Shown here piece by piece: positions 37,410 to 48,058 of a stretch of DNA of 64,000 nucleotides. Position numbers and translations under genes: made by a program. Within the stretch, counting starts at the first letter, position 1; every line of letters starts with the position of its first letter. Under the pieces are notes generated by a model. The model did no database searches and was not told where the DNA came from. It was given only the letters and a program-made list of their open reading frames with translations. The stretch is from an uncultured Verrucomicrobiae bacterium (GTDB taxonomy: Bacteria; Verrucomicrobiota; Verrucomicrobiia; Limisphaerales; Palsa-1400), in NCBI GenBank assembly GCA_963702845.1, contig OY969763.1, positions 5,504,001 through 5,568,000 of the forward strand, in the 5' to 3' direction.

Positions 37410-40400
37410 ACGGAAAAGGTTTTGCCGATCGACAGGAATTGCAGCCAGCGCTTCGTCACTGGCCGATTGTATATTCGTTCGAGTGCGCGTGCGTAGAGAA
37501 GCAGTTGCGGCCGATACTGCGCTACCTTCGTTTCCACATCAGCTTTGGAGGCGGCGTCGGTTTTAAAATCTAAGATCCAAATTTCCTTGGGCGCAATCAC
37601 CGCAACGTCTACCACACCTTGCACGATCACCGACTCGCCGGGCGGCGGTGCGAACTGAGGATTGATGTCGGCGAAGTCGGTTGCGTCGAAACGTGCTGTG
37701 AAGGGTAATTCGCGGCGAATGTAATGTTGCTGCGAAAGTATTTCTCGCGCCGTCGGCGATTGCCAAAATTCAACAAGGCGATCGAAATCAAGGCACGCCA
37801 ACTCGTCCTGAGAGAGGCTTCCATTTTCTACCATGCGTCGAGCCTCGGCGCGCAGACCTGAAGCATCGCTGACGTGTTCGAATTGGACCTGTTCGAGAAA
37901 GGCGTGGTGTGCGATCCGCTCTCGGCGGCGCTTAGTTTTTTAACAGTATTACGTGCGCGCGCCGTTTTAATAGCACGATCGATTTTTAGGAATGGCTGCG
38001 CCTCGTCGTCGCTGAGTTCTTTTCGCAAAGCCGACACGCTGGTTTTGGCGGAACGAGTTGTCGCGGGTTGGTGCGTATACGACCAATCGAGGCGGGCTCG
38101 TAATATTTCGAGGGACTTGGCTGAAAGTTCAACCGCGCCCGATAACCTCGTTGCGGTGGTCGGGGCGGCGACATCGACGTCATCGCAAACACGCCAACTC
38201 AACAACTGGTTTTGGCCGGCAGTGAAATCAGTGTGCTCAAGTGCGAGCCAACTGCCGATCCAATCGAGAGACGTCTTGGCCTCGCTGAGCTCGGTCGGAC
38301 CAAGTCCACGACTCGCCCAACCGGGCCAGCCTTCGTCCAGTTTTTTTTGTCCGACGGACCCGACGAGAATAAGCCGGTGCTCGGCACGGGTCATCGCGAC
38401 ATACAGTAAGCGCAACTCTTCGCCGAGCGTCTCAAACTTTTGCTGACGTTGTGCCAGCCAATACGGAAGACTTGGATAGGATCGTCGGCTTGTCGGTGGT
38501 TTGACTTTCCCGCACAGTCCAAATTTCTCGCTCAAACTGATGTCTTTGTTGCCATCGCCAAAATTAAATTTCTTTCCGAGATCGGCAACGACCACCACTG
38601 GAAACTCCAGGCCTTTGCTTTGATGAATGCTCATCAGGCGAACGGCGTTGGTTTCCGGCGGCGCCGCTGGTTCAGCGTCGATTTCGTTTTCCAACTGCGC
38701 ATCAACGAATTTGAGAAAGCGATAAAGCCCTTCGCGTTGAAACACGTCGAATTGCCGCGACAGTTGGAGCAAGCGTTCGACGTTCGCACGCTTTTGCGTG
38801 GCGCGGTCCTGCGCGTTGAGCAACTCGACGAAATGTGTGTCGTTAAGAATTTGCTCGATCGTGTGCGACAAGGAAGTTTGCCGGGCCATACGTCTCCACT
38901 TTTTGTAACGCGCCAGGAATACGTCGGTTTTTGCAAACAGATCGGATTCGTCCTTGCCAATCGCTTTGTGCCAACACATCAGCGCCGTCCAAAAGTTTCC
39001 TTCTTTTTTGGTCAACCGGACCTCCGCGAGATCTATTGGCGTCATGCCGACGAGCGGCGAGCGCAAAACACCGAGCAGCGGAACGTCCTGCAACGGATTG
39101 TCGAGCAGCTTCAGTAAATCGAGCAGGTCGCGGATTTCGAGCGCGTCGAAAAATCCACCGCGCGTGGCAACGAGCGGCACCCCAACGCGCGTAAATTCTT
39201 TGACGAACGCTTCGACTTTCGATCGCGGCGAACGCATTAGCACCACCATCTCATTCCAGTCAGTTCCTTCCTGCTGCAGTTCTTTCAACCGCCCTGCGAT
39301 CAATTGCGCTTCACGTTCGTTATCGGAAAAATTGCCTTCGTCAGATTCGCCACCGTCGGTGCTGCGCAACAGCAATTCGACTGGTGGTTTTTGATCCGGC
39401 TTCACCGTCAGGTCGGCGCGTTCAGTGCGAGCGCCGAATTGCAGGCAAGCATCGGCATCGTATTTAACGTCGCCGAGTTCCTCGCGCATGATCACGCCAA
39501 AGAGCGAGTTGACAAAATTCAGGATAGCTTCGTGGCTGCGGAAATTGTCGGAGAGCGGGATAACTTTGCCGTCGGACTCACCTCGCCATTGCTTGTGGTA
39601 TTGCAGGAAGATGCGCGGATCGGCGAGCCGAAAGCGGTAGATACTTTGTTTGATGTCGCCCACGAGGAACCGATTCGCATTGGACAGTGCGGCGATAATC
39701 GCTTCCTGCGCGCTGTTGATGTCTTGAAATTCGTCGACGAAAATCAGCCGGAATTTTCCACGCCATTCGCGCGCCACCGCACTTGGCTCGCCGGTCTTGC
39801 GGTCCCAAAGCAAACGCAACGAAAGTTGCTCGAGGTCGCTGTAATCCGCCGCACCCATTTCCTTTTTCGCTCGGGAGTATTCGGTTTCAAACTGTTCCGC
39901 GAGTTCCAGCAGGCACAACATGGAACTGCGAATCCAATTCCAATCTTCCTGCAATGGATCTTTGCCATCGGCAGCACACAGCGAGTGCAAAAAGTCAGCC
40001 TCATCGAACATCGGTTTAACGATCTCCGGCTTTTTCAAATCGCCTTTCTTGCCGTGCCAATCGTCGAGAATGCCCGCAAGCGCCGCGCACACGTCAGGAA
40101 AGTTCTTTCCGCTTTCGCCAAGGTTTTCCAATGCTGCGACACACTGGTGCGAGTGCAGATTTGTTTTTGGTTGCTGACGCAAGATCGGCAACCAACGTTT
40201 CTGCCAATCGTCGGCCGCTTCAAAAAACCACTCGCGCCATTTCGCTGGCTCGGTTTGCTCGAACGCCACACGTTGATTCGCCAGCCAACCATCCGGATCA
40301 CGCAAGCTCTGACGATAACGGTGAATCGTCAGCACGGTGTCGCGTACCGGTTTGTCCCAACCACGACTGAAGCTCTGGATAAATTCCCGGATGCGTTTCG

Positions 40401-40854
40401 CGTCGGTCGAGGTCCCTTCATAAGCGCGTTCCAAAATACGATCGAGCGCCTCGCTCATCATCAATCGCGATTGTTCCTCCGGCAAAACGCTCAACTGCGG
40501 GTCGAGGTCCAGTTCGTAAAAATGTTCGCGCACGAGCCGATAACAAAAGCTGTGCAGCGTGCAGATGTTCGCCGTCTCCAAGAGCGCGAGTTGTTCATTC
40601 AAAGCCTCACGCGAGCCCTGGTCCTTTTTCTTTTCCAGTTCAGTGCGCAGTCGCTTCCGCATTTCAGTCGCGGCCGCTTCGGTGAACGTCACCATCAACA
40701 CCTGTTCGATCGAGCCCTTCTGCGAATCGTCCAACAACCACGCCAGGCACCGATCCACCAGGGTTCGTGTTTTGCCCGCGCCGGCGCCGGCGACGACCAG
40801 CACGTTGCCACGCGCTTCAATCGCTGCTTTTTGGGCTGGTGTTGGGCCGGGCAT
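37406..40854 (-). CDS. addA: AddA helicase-nuclease (1-bp deletion frameshift at about 37912)
   Basis: AGAGAGKT, VTFTEAAA.EMR, VDEFQD, VGDIKQSIYRFR, NFRS, MSIHQSKGLEF, RLLYVAMTRA. Restoring one base gives GSAHHAFL and joins the RELPF..QGVVD..LDFKTD..QL..Y nuclease domain of ORF 37406-37834. Confidence 0.93.
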
Positions 40855-40855
40855 A

Positions 40856-43800
40856 TTATTGTAAAACGCGGAACTCGTGCGTCCACGGATCGATGCGGCA
40901 GACGCCTTGATACTCGCAATTGGCGCAAGCGCGGTCGCTGCTCTTTTGATACGGATTCGGTTTGATCGCACCCTGGTAAATGCTTTGGCCCATTCGCACG
41001 AGGTTGGCTTCGACCTCCTCGAGCAGTTGCGCGAAGGCGGCCGATTCCATTGGGTCTTTCGACGTGCGACTGAAATCCTTTGCTTTGGTTAGACGATAAT
41101 TGAACTGCGTTCCGACCTCCGCGCCGGTGTTATCAAGATGCTTCACCACCGACCAATCGAATCGTCCGCTGTGGCGATAAGCGCGTTGGCCGCTGTCGTT
41201 GTCGTCGAGCACTTCATCGCGCGATTTGCCAGCCTCCGATTCGCCGCGCAAATTCACGTAAAAAACGCCCGCAGGAACAATCTCATCAAAACCAAACATT
41301 TGCGCCGCTTGCGGCAACTTCCGCAGCACGGTCAGATACGCGAGCAACTGCAATTGCAAGCCGTGCTTCATGAACAACGGCTCAAGCTTCTTGCCGCTGG
41401 ATTTGTAATCCATCACGACCGCGTAAGCTTTCTTTGTTCCCGCAATCGGCAACAAATCCACGCGATCAATCGCACCGCCAAAAAACAAACTGTGCGCGTC
41501 GCCGAGCGGCACTTCCCAAAACGGCAGCACGCCCTTCTTCGTGTCGAATCGCAATTCGACCGCCTGCGGTTCGAACTCGTATTGCTTCATCCAACTGACG
41601 ATCGCCGCCGCAAACTCTTGCAGTGATATCACCATCGACTGTGCCGAAAATCGCGATGCCGCATCGGTCATCAGGAGCCCGTCGCGGAATTTTGGCATCA
41701 GATCGTTTCCAATTTGCCCGATTCGCTCGCGAGCTTCCGCAGGCGCGATGTTGTGCCAGGTGCGGCGCTCGTCTTTTAACTGCTGGTGAAAAGTGTAAAG
41801 AACTTCGTGTTGAAACGTTCCCCGCTCGCGCACGTCGAGTTCAAATTTGCGCCGCTCCTCCGCCCGCAAACCGGAATCGACAAAAAACCGAAAAGCGCAC
41901 GCCGCGAACTTTTCCAATCGGCTGACCGACGTGCGCAACGCCTTTCCATAGATCGCTTCCACAATCCGTTGTGGCATGTCTTCGATTTGTTCGTTCGCTC
42001 CAAAAAACTTGAGCTGCTTCTGCAACGACTCGAACACGGGAAGTTGGAACAGGGGTTGAACTCGAATTGCTTTCGGCGCAGTGACGAGGACCGAAGCAAG
42101 TTCGCAGGCGTGTTCAGCTTTCTCCCAGGTTGCGGCTTCAACTTTGTCGATGGACAGCGTTGGAAACAATTCCTTAAGTCGCGCGAAAAAAGGCGATGGA
42201 TTGAGCGTGTCGTCTTGTGCATCGCGTTCCGAGCAGGTCAAAACCAGGCGCTCGCGCGCGCGCGTGCAGGCGATGTATCCGAAAAACCGTTCGCGTCCGA
42301 GCAACTCACGCGTGTTACGAGCGAACACCAGACCTTCGCGCGTCAGCGCGTCGCGTTCCGTCTCGGTCAAAAGCCGCGCCGATTTCTGCGAAGCTGGAAA
42401 CACCCCTTCGTTGAGGCCGAGCACCAGGGCGAGTTTCAGCTCCGGATTGCGCGAACGATCAATCGTGCCGACGACAACCTGGTCGAGCGCCGGCGGAATC
42501 ACACCGATGGTCAAGCCACTCAAGCCCGCTTCCAGAATCGGCAGCCACTCGCGCACATCCATTTTCTGTTTATCGAACGCGAGCTCCACGTCGTCCAGCC
42601 AACTCACCATCTGTTGCCAAACGGTGGCGTTTTGCTCGGGGTGTTCCCACGTCTGCAGTTGTTGCTCGATTTTCAAATCGTGCCACAACGCGCGCAACGC
42701 ATCGGCCAACTCTTCACCGTCGACGAGTTTCGATTGCAACCGATCGCGCAATTTCAGAAAAGGCGCGATGAGCTTGAGCCGAAAGCGCTCAGTCGTTGCT
42801 GAAACTGCGCCGTCGATAATCAGCGGCGACAACCACACATCACCCTTCCAACCACGCGCCAGCGCTTCGTTTTCGAGGCGATCGATAGCCTCTTCGTCAT
42901 CGGAAACCAAACCGGTTTTCAACGCGCCGAACCAGTCATCGTGTTTCCAGTTCGACGCCACCATCTGCAAAGCGCAACGCGTCAGTTCGGCGAGCGCATG
43001 ATGTGAGATCGATTCGCGCCGATCGAGAAAGTTAGGAATTTCGTAACGCGCGAACACCCGTCGAATCACGTCCTGATACCCGTCGAGACTGCGCAGCAAA
43101 ACCGCGCAATCGCGAAATCGATTTCCAGCCCGAACGACGGAAAGAATTTGGCGAGCGGCATGAGTCGCCTCCGCTTCTGGATTCGCGCAGACCGCGAGTT
43201 GAATTCCAGCCGGTGATTTGTTGGTCGAAGCACCGTTATCCCAATGCTCCTCAAGAAAACCGAACGTTCGGTTTTGCGCGAAACGATTCTTCGCCGGGTC
43301 ACGCGGAAGATCTTCCACAACCACGTTGGCATTCGGAACCGCAGCGATAGCGTGATGACAGCGCCCGAACGTTTCATTAATCGCCGACCAGATCGAAAGC
43401 CACGACTTCGTTTGCTTGGCCTGCTCGCGGTCCAAACAAAACGCCAGCGTCACCTCTCCGCAATGCGGTGCGATCGCCGTCAGCAACTCCAACTCCTGCG
43501 GCGTCATTTCCGCGAATCCATCCAGCCACAGTCCATCGATACTCAGTGCCTGCGTCGCAACATTCGTCTTCAACTGCTCCGCCGCGATGCCGAGCAAACA
43601 ATCCACATCGCGCAAGCGATGGTCGCTCAACCAATTCGTATACGCGTCGAGCAACAGACCCAAGTCGTGCAGTTTGCGTCGCAACACTTCCGGCAACGAC
43701 GCGTTCGCCGAAAGCTCGCGCAACTTCGCCGTCGTGAGTTGGTGCCGTTGCAACTCGCGCAACTCACCGCTCAGTTGGCGCGCAAAACCAGACATCGTCG

Positions 43801-44137
43801 CGCCAGCGTGAAAAATTTTGAGCTTGCGACTCTCCCGCAACAACGCGCGCAGTACCATCACCCGGCCCTCCTCCGACAAAACCTCCAGCGCCGGACCGTT
43901 CAGCTTCGTAATCGCGTAATCCGCCAAACGTTCGAACGACAGAATCTGCAAGCGCGTATACCCCGGCAGATCGAAATCATTCAGCAACTGGCGTTCGAGC
44001 TGGAACGTGGCCTGTTTTGGCGCGACCAGGATCAGGTCGGGGCCGTCCGGGTTGGCGCGCAGTTTGGCGGCGATCTCGTGCAAGCACCGGTAGGTTTTTC
44101 CCGTCCCCGCCGGCCCAAGTAAAAAGCGCGCTTGCAC
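40856..44137 (-). CDS. addB: AddB subunit (PD-(D/E)XK nuclease, Fe-S staple)
   Basis: GPAGTGKT, SVSRLEKFAAC, GAIDRVD, DYKS, LQL.AY, CANCEYQGVC; adjacent to addA. Confidence 0.92.
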   Translation of the reverse strand: MQARFLLGPAGTGKTYRCLHEIAAKLRANPDGPDLILVAPKQATFQLERQLLNDFDLPGYTRLQILSFERLADYAITKLNGPALEVLSEEGRVMVLRALLRESRKLKIFHAGATMSGFARQLSGELRELQRHQLTTAKLRELSANASLPEVLRRKLHDLGLLLDAYTNWLSDHRLRDVDCLLGIAAEQLKTNVATQALSIDGLWLDGFAEMTPQELELLTAIAPHCGEVTLAFCLDREQAKQTKSWLSIWSAINETFGRCHHAIAAVPNANVVVEDLPRDPAKNRFAQNRTFGFLEEHWDNGASTNKSPAGIQLAVCANPEAEATHAARQILSVVRAGNRFRDCAVLLRSLDGYQDVIRRVFARYEIPNFLDRRESISHHALAELTRCALQMVASNWKHDDWFGALKTGLVSDDEEAIDRLENEALARGWKGDVWLSPLIIDGAVSATTERFRLKLIAPFLKLRDRLQSKLVDGEELADALRALWHDLKIEQQLQTWEHPEQNATVWQQMVSWLDDVELAFDKQKMDVREWLPILEAGLSGLTIGVIPPALDQVVVGTIDRSRNPELKLALVLGLNEGVFPASQKSARLLTETERDALTREGLVFARNTRELLGRERFFGYIACTRARERLVLTCSERDAQDDTLNPSPFFARLKELFPTLSIDKVEAATWEKAEHACELASVLVTAPKAIRVQPLFQLPVFESLQKQLKFFGANEQIEDMPQRIVEAIYGKALRTSVSRLEKFAACAFRFFVDSGLRAEERRKFELDVRERGTFQHEVLYTFHQQLKDERRTWHNIAPAEARERIGQIGNDLMPKFRDGLLMTDAASRFSAQSMVISLQEFAAAIVSWMKQYEFEPQAVELRFDTKKGVLPFWEVPLGDAHSLFFGGAIDRVDLLPIAGTKKAYAVVMDYKSSGKKLEPLFMKHGLQLQLLAYLTVLRKLPQAAQMFGFDEIVPAGVFYVNLRGESEAGKSRDEVLDDNDSGQRAYRHSGRFDWSVVKHLDNTGAEVGTQFNYRLTKAKDFSRTSKDPMESAAFAQLLEEVEANLVRMGQSIYQGAIKPNPYQKSSDRACANCEYQGVCRIDPWTHEFRVLQ

Positions 44138-44295
44138 GGCTCTTTTTTCGCTTATCGCGCGCCTGCCGAAAAGGTTTTTCGGCAATTACCGCGCACCTTC
44201 TCATGTAATTGCTGAGATGGCCTTCCGCATTCACGGATGCGCTCACTGGAACGCATTGACTTGTATTTTTTATCCCAAAGCATAACGTTTTGGTA

Positions 44296-44760
44296 ATGAA
44301 GAACGATGTTCTACCCATCGAAATCCGCGGTATTTTGCCCGCCAGCAGCGGGTGCGCGATTTTCGTTGGCAATGAACAAAAGGTTTTCGTCATCCAGGTC
44401 GAGCACAACATGGGCGCCATCATAGGCATGTTTCTCAAGGACACTCCGAGGGAACGCCCGCTCACCCACGACCTGATGAACAACGTCTTCAAAGGCTTTA
44501 ACATCACCGTTCAGCGCGTCGTTATCACTGAACTCAAGAACGCCACCTATTACGCGCGCCTGGTTTTGCAGCAGGAAAACGAACTCGGCAAAAAAATTGT
44601 CGAAATCGATGCGCGCCCGAGCGATTGTCTCGCCCTGGCCACTGCGCAAAAAAAACCGATTTACGTTTCCACCGCTCTCTTCGAACAAGTCGATGACATG
44701 ACCGAAGTCCTCGACCGCATCAATGAAGGCGGCGGCACGGAAACCGAGGAGCCGGAATAA
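44296..44760 (+). CDS. Bifunctional nuclease family protein (DUF151)
   Basis: RPLTHDL, YYARL, IDARPSD.LALA. Confidence 0.92.
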   Translation: MKNDVLPIEIRGILPASSGCAIFVGNEQKVFVIQVEHNMGAIIGMFLKDTPRERPLTHDLMNNVFKGFNITVQRVVITELKNATYYARLVLQQENELGKKIVEIDARPSDCLALATAQKKPIYVSTALFEQVDDMTEVLDRINEGGGTETEEPE

Positions 44761-44772
44761 CCGGAGCCCGTT

Positions 44773-45900
44773 ATGCCCGCCGCTTCCGTGTCCACCAAGC
44801 CGGTCAGTCTTGTCTGCGGCGATGACGAGTTTGCCGTCAAAGAACGCGCCAAAGAAATCTTCAAAACGTGGTCCGCCGAACTCGGCGGGTCCGACCACGA
44901 AACGATCGACGGCTCAGTCAGCAACGCCGGTGACGCCTTGCGGGCGCTCGCCAAACTTCGCGAAGGCATCCAGACACTTCCATTTTTCGGCGGCGGCAAA
45001 GTTGTTTGGCTGCAGAACTGTAATTTTCTCGGTGAAGAACGCGCCGCCTCGGCCAAGGACGTCACCGAAACACTCGCCGATCTCAGCGCTGAGTTGAAGA
45101 CCTTCGAGTTTGGCACTGTTCGATTGCTCATCAGCGCCGGCAAAGTCGATAAGCGCAAGACCATATATAAGACGCTCGAGAAAATCGGGTCTATCGAGAC
45201 GTTCGACGGCTTATCCATCGATGATAAAGACTGGGCTGCTGAAGCCGAAGGCATGGCCATTCGCGCGCTGAAAGCCTTAAAGAAAGAAATTTCCGACGAA
45301 GCCGTGGCCAAACTTGTTGCGAACGTCGGCCCCAATGCGCGCCAGCTCCACAGCGAGTGCGAAAAGCTGTCGTTATATGTGGGCGATCGACCGGAGATCG
45401 AAATCAAAGACGTCGATGCGATCGTCACGCGCAACAAACAGGCGCGCGCGTTTGCATTAGGCGATGCGTTGGGCGATCGCAATCTGCCGGTGCTTTTGAA
45501 GTGCCTCGATGAAGAGCTTTGGGAAGTCCGCCGTGATCCGAACAAGAGCGAGATCGGATTGCTGTATGGCCTGATCTCGAAAATTCGCACGATGATTTTC
45601 GCCAAGGAAATAATGGCGCAGGGTTGGGTGAAGCCGTCGCGCGATTTTAATAGCTTTCGGCCGCAGCTCTCGCGCATTCCGGCAGATGAGATGCCGGAAG
45701 ACAAAAAATTTAACCCGCTCTCGATCAATCCATACGTGATGTTTCGGGCGGTGAACCAGGCCGGAAACTATTCGCAGCCGGAGCTCGTGCGCGCGATGGG
45801 CATTCTGCTCGAGTGCAACCAAAAGCTTGTTTCGCGCAGTTTGGATGAATCGCTGGTGCTGCAACATGCACTGGTGCAGATCGTTAATCGCACGCCTTGA
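44773..45900 (+). CDS. holA: DNA polymerase III delta subunit
   Basis: LVCGDDEFAV, TLPFFGG.KVV, VDKRK, ECEKLSLY, AFALGDAL. Confidence 0.88.
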   Translation: MPAASVSTKPVSLVCGDDEFAVKERAKEIFKTWSAELGGSDHETIDGSVSNAGDALRALAKLREGIQTLPFFGGGKVVWLQNCNFLGEERAASAKDVTETLADLSAELKTFEFGTVRLLISAGKVDKRKTIYKTLEKIGSIETFDGLSIDDKDWAAEAEGMAIRALKALKKEISDEAVAKLVANVGPNARQLHSECEKLSLYVGDRPEIEIKDVDAIVTRNKQARAFALGDALGDRNLPVLLKCLDEELWEVRRDPNKSEIGLLYGLISKIRTMIFAKEIMAQGWVKPSRDFNSFRPQLSRIPADEMPEDKKFNPLSINPYVMFRAVNQAGNYSQPELVRAMGILLECNQKLVSRSLDESLVLQHALVQIVNRTP

Positions 45901-45937
45901 CGGCAATTTTGGGAGCTTGATACTTACTAGTCACTAA

Positions 45938-46462
45938 ATGAATCACCCGAGTGCAAATTTGAGTGTGGCGATCTTCGACAGCGTCGTCTGTATAAAGATC
46001 AGCGGCCGGGCGACATTTGTCTCCAGCGTCGACCTGAACAAGCTCGTCGAAGAGCTGGCCAATCGCGGTCAAAAACATTTCGTCTTTGACCTCACCGATT
46101 GCGTGATGATGGACAGCACCTTTCTCGGCGTGCTGGCCGGCATCGCTCTCAAGCTGGCGAGCAAAAAAGAAACCGCCCATTGCGAACCCCAATTGCTCAA
46201 CGCCAATCCGCGAATTTCGGAAGTGTTGGAAAACCTCGGCATGGCGCACCTCTTCAAACTGGTGAACAGCAAAGGCCAACTCACCAATGCCTACGAACCG
46301 GCCAAGTCCGAAAATGTTTCCCAAGTGGAGATCACCCGCACCTGTCTCGAAGCGCACAAGCTCCTCATGAGCATCCAACCGGAAAACATCTCGAAGTTCA
46401 AAGACGTCGCCCAGTTCCTCGCCGAAGACCTGAAGAGACAGGAATCAACGACCAAGAGCTGA
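45938..46462 (+). CDS. STAS domain protein (anti-sigma antagonist-like)
   Basis: IKISGRATF, FDLTDC..MDSTFLGVL, LENLG, LEAHKLLM. Confidence 0.88.
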   Translation: MNHPSANLSVAIFDSVVCIKISGRATFVSSVDLNKLVEELANRGQKHFVFDLTDCVMMDSTFLGVLAGIALKLASKKETAHCEPQLLNANPRISEVLENLGMAHLFKLVNSKGQLTNAYEPAKSENVSQVEITRTCLEAHKLLMSIQPENISKFKDVAQFLAEDLKRQESTTKS

Positions 46463-46510
46463 CAAAGGCTTGAGTCCAGCCAACCTTATGGGAAGAGTTG
46501 GCATAAACCT

Positions 46511-46930
46511 ATGCACCTTCGGATCCTTCGCCTATTTCTCGGATTCGCTGCATTCGCTTGGGGCGTATCGGTGGTCGGAGTTTTTCTCAGCTGGCCGACT
46601 GCTGCTGACGCATTACAAGGGTTAGGTGCTCAGCCCATTGTTTATGATCGAATGCTTGATTACTGGCTGCGCATGGCTGCAGGTGCATTCGCATTGATTG
46701 GCTGTTGGTATTTGGTGCTGATGATTTGGCCGCACAAATTCCACGCTGCCATCCCGTGGTTCGGTGGGCTGATGTTAGTGGAGGGGATTATCTTGCTTGT
46801 TCACGGGTTGCGTCTCTCGCTTCCGCCGTTACCATTTTACGGTGACACATCCGCGTGCCTCCTCGGAGGCGGAGCAATCCTCTATCTGTCGCGTTACGCA
46901 AAACCAGCCCCTGATAAGCGCACTAGATGA
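46511..46930 (+). CDS. Hypothetical 4-TM membrane protein
   Basis: ATG start, four hydrophobic segments. Confidence 0.7.
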   Translation: MHLRILRLFLGFAAFAWGVSVVGVFLSWPTAADALQGLGAQPIVYDRMLDYWLRMAAGAFALIGCWYLVLMIWPHKFHAAIPWFGGLMLVEGIILLVHGLRLSLPPLPFYGDTSACLLGGGAILYLSRYAKPAPDKRTR

Positions 46931-46968
46931 CACCCGGCACGAAAAGCATTTTCGCGCTGCGTCACACG

Positions 46969-47769
46969 ATGCTGGCTCGAATCTTCAAAATATCTTTTTG
47001 CGCTATCGGCCTCTTAATCCTCGTTGCCGGTGCGGCGCAAGCAGGCCAAAAACTTCTGCGCCTGGCCTTTGGGGACAACCGCTGCATGCCGATTCAACTC
47101 CTGCGCGCCGACGATTTGGTTTGTGCCCCAACTGACCTCGGCCTCGGCACCAACAATCCTCAAATCCGCATCAGCAAATTCACCGACACATCCAAAATGA
47201 CCCCCACCGAACTCACCCGACGCAAGCGGGCCGGGTTCAACTGGATTTGCTACGACAACGAAAATGGAAAAACATGGCCTACGCCGAAAAACGAATTGGC
47301 CGATCCCACGAAATACACCATTCTCGCTGCGCAATTGACCCACGCCGCCGGATTGAAATTTATCGCCGAACCGAACTTCGAGCTAATCACCGGCCATGGC
47401 ACCCGTGGCAACAACGGCAAGGTCGAACTGACCGACAAACTCGTTCCAACAGTGCGAATGAAAGACGTGGCCCCGCACTTCGATGCGATCTCCCTGCAGT
47501 TCCAAAGAGCACAAGCCGATCTCGAACTTTATCGCAAACTGACGCGCCAATACGCCGACGAAATCCGCGCCGCCAATCCAAACGCCATCGTATTTGTCCA
47601 AATAACATCTCGCGAGAAGAGCGGAAAAAAATCAAGCCCGGCCGACCTGATGCCCGCCATCCGCAGCGTCGCCGACCTCGTCGACGGAATCTGGATCCAC
47701 GTCGAAAAAGACGAGGAGCAATATGCCACCGAACTCGTAACCCTTATCGCCAAATCTGGATACCGTTAG
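46969..47769 (+). CDS. Secreted hypothetical protein, possible TIM-barrel hydrolase
   Basis: Signal peptide (AAQA); alternating beta/alpha pattern (WICYDNE, FIAEP, ISLQFQ, VFVQI, VDGIWI); start could be 46927. Confidence 0.6.
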   Translation: MLARIFKISFCAIGLLILVAGAAQAGQKLLRLAFGDNRCMPIQLLRADDLVCAPTDLGLGTNNPQIRISKFTDTSKMTPTELTRRKRAGFNWICYDNENGKTWPTPKNELADPTKYTILAAQLTHAAGLKFIAEPNFELITGHGTRGNNGKVELTDKLVPTVRMKDVAPHFDAISLQFQRAQADLELYRKLTRQYADEIRAANPNAIVFVQITSREKSGKKSSPADLMPAIRSVADLVDGIWIHVEKDEEQYATELVTLIAKSGYR

Positions 47770-47823
47770 GGTAGCGAACATCAAAATAATTTGTTCATAT
47801 CTCACCTGGTCCTCCCCACTCAC

Positions 47824-47931
47824 CTACGCAGCCTCGCTGTGCAATTCCCGCGGTGCGACTTGATAACTTCCGCCCGGATTGCGGAATGCGATATTCAGTC
47901 GGTTCCAACTGTTGATCGTCGTTATGGCCAG
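47824..47931 (-). pseudogene. 3' remnant of an AhpD/carboxymuconolactone decarboxylase family gene
   Basis: Translates to LAITTINSWNRLNIAFRNPGGSYQVAPRELHSEAA*; IN.WNRL.IAF is the CMD-family C-terminal motif; upstream codons are not homologous. Confidence 0.7.
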
Positions 47932-48058
47932 GTACAAAAACCCATTCCAACGAAATGTTTTACGCCGGGGTTGACTCACGCTTTTCGCAGCGGATGTCTA
48001 TTTGACATGCGCGAAAACGGCTGCATACTTTTGCTATCCCCTGAGGCACGACATTTTT

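Noticed and set aside
39304..40965. Long antisense or alternate-frame ORFs (also 416-1468, 26542-27699, 49316-50803)
   Set aside because: Shadows of real genes caused by codon bias; no motifs
37406..44760. Helicase, nucleases and DUF151 as an anti-phage system
   Set aside because: Motifs and order match housekeeping addBA; neighbours are core genes
47776..47796. LexA box (GAACA...TGTTC)
   Set aside because: Half-site order and spacing do not fit the TGTTC-N4-GAACA verrucomicrobial box
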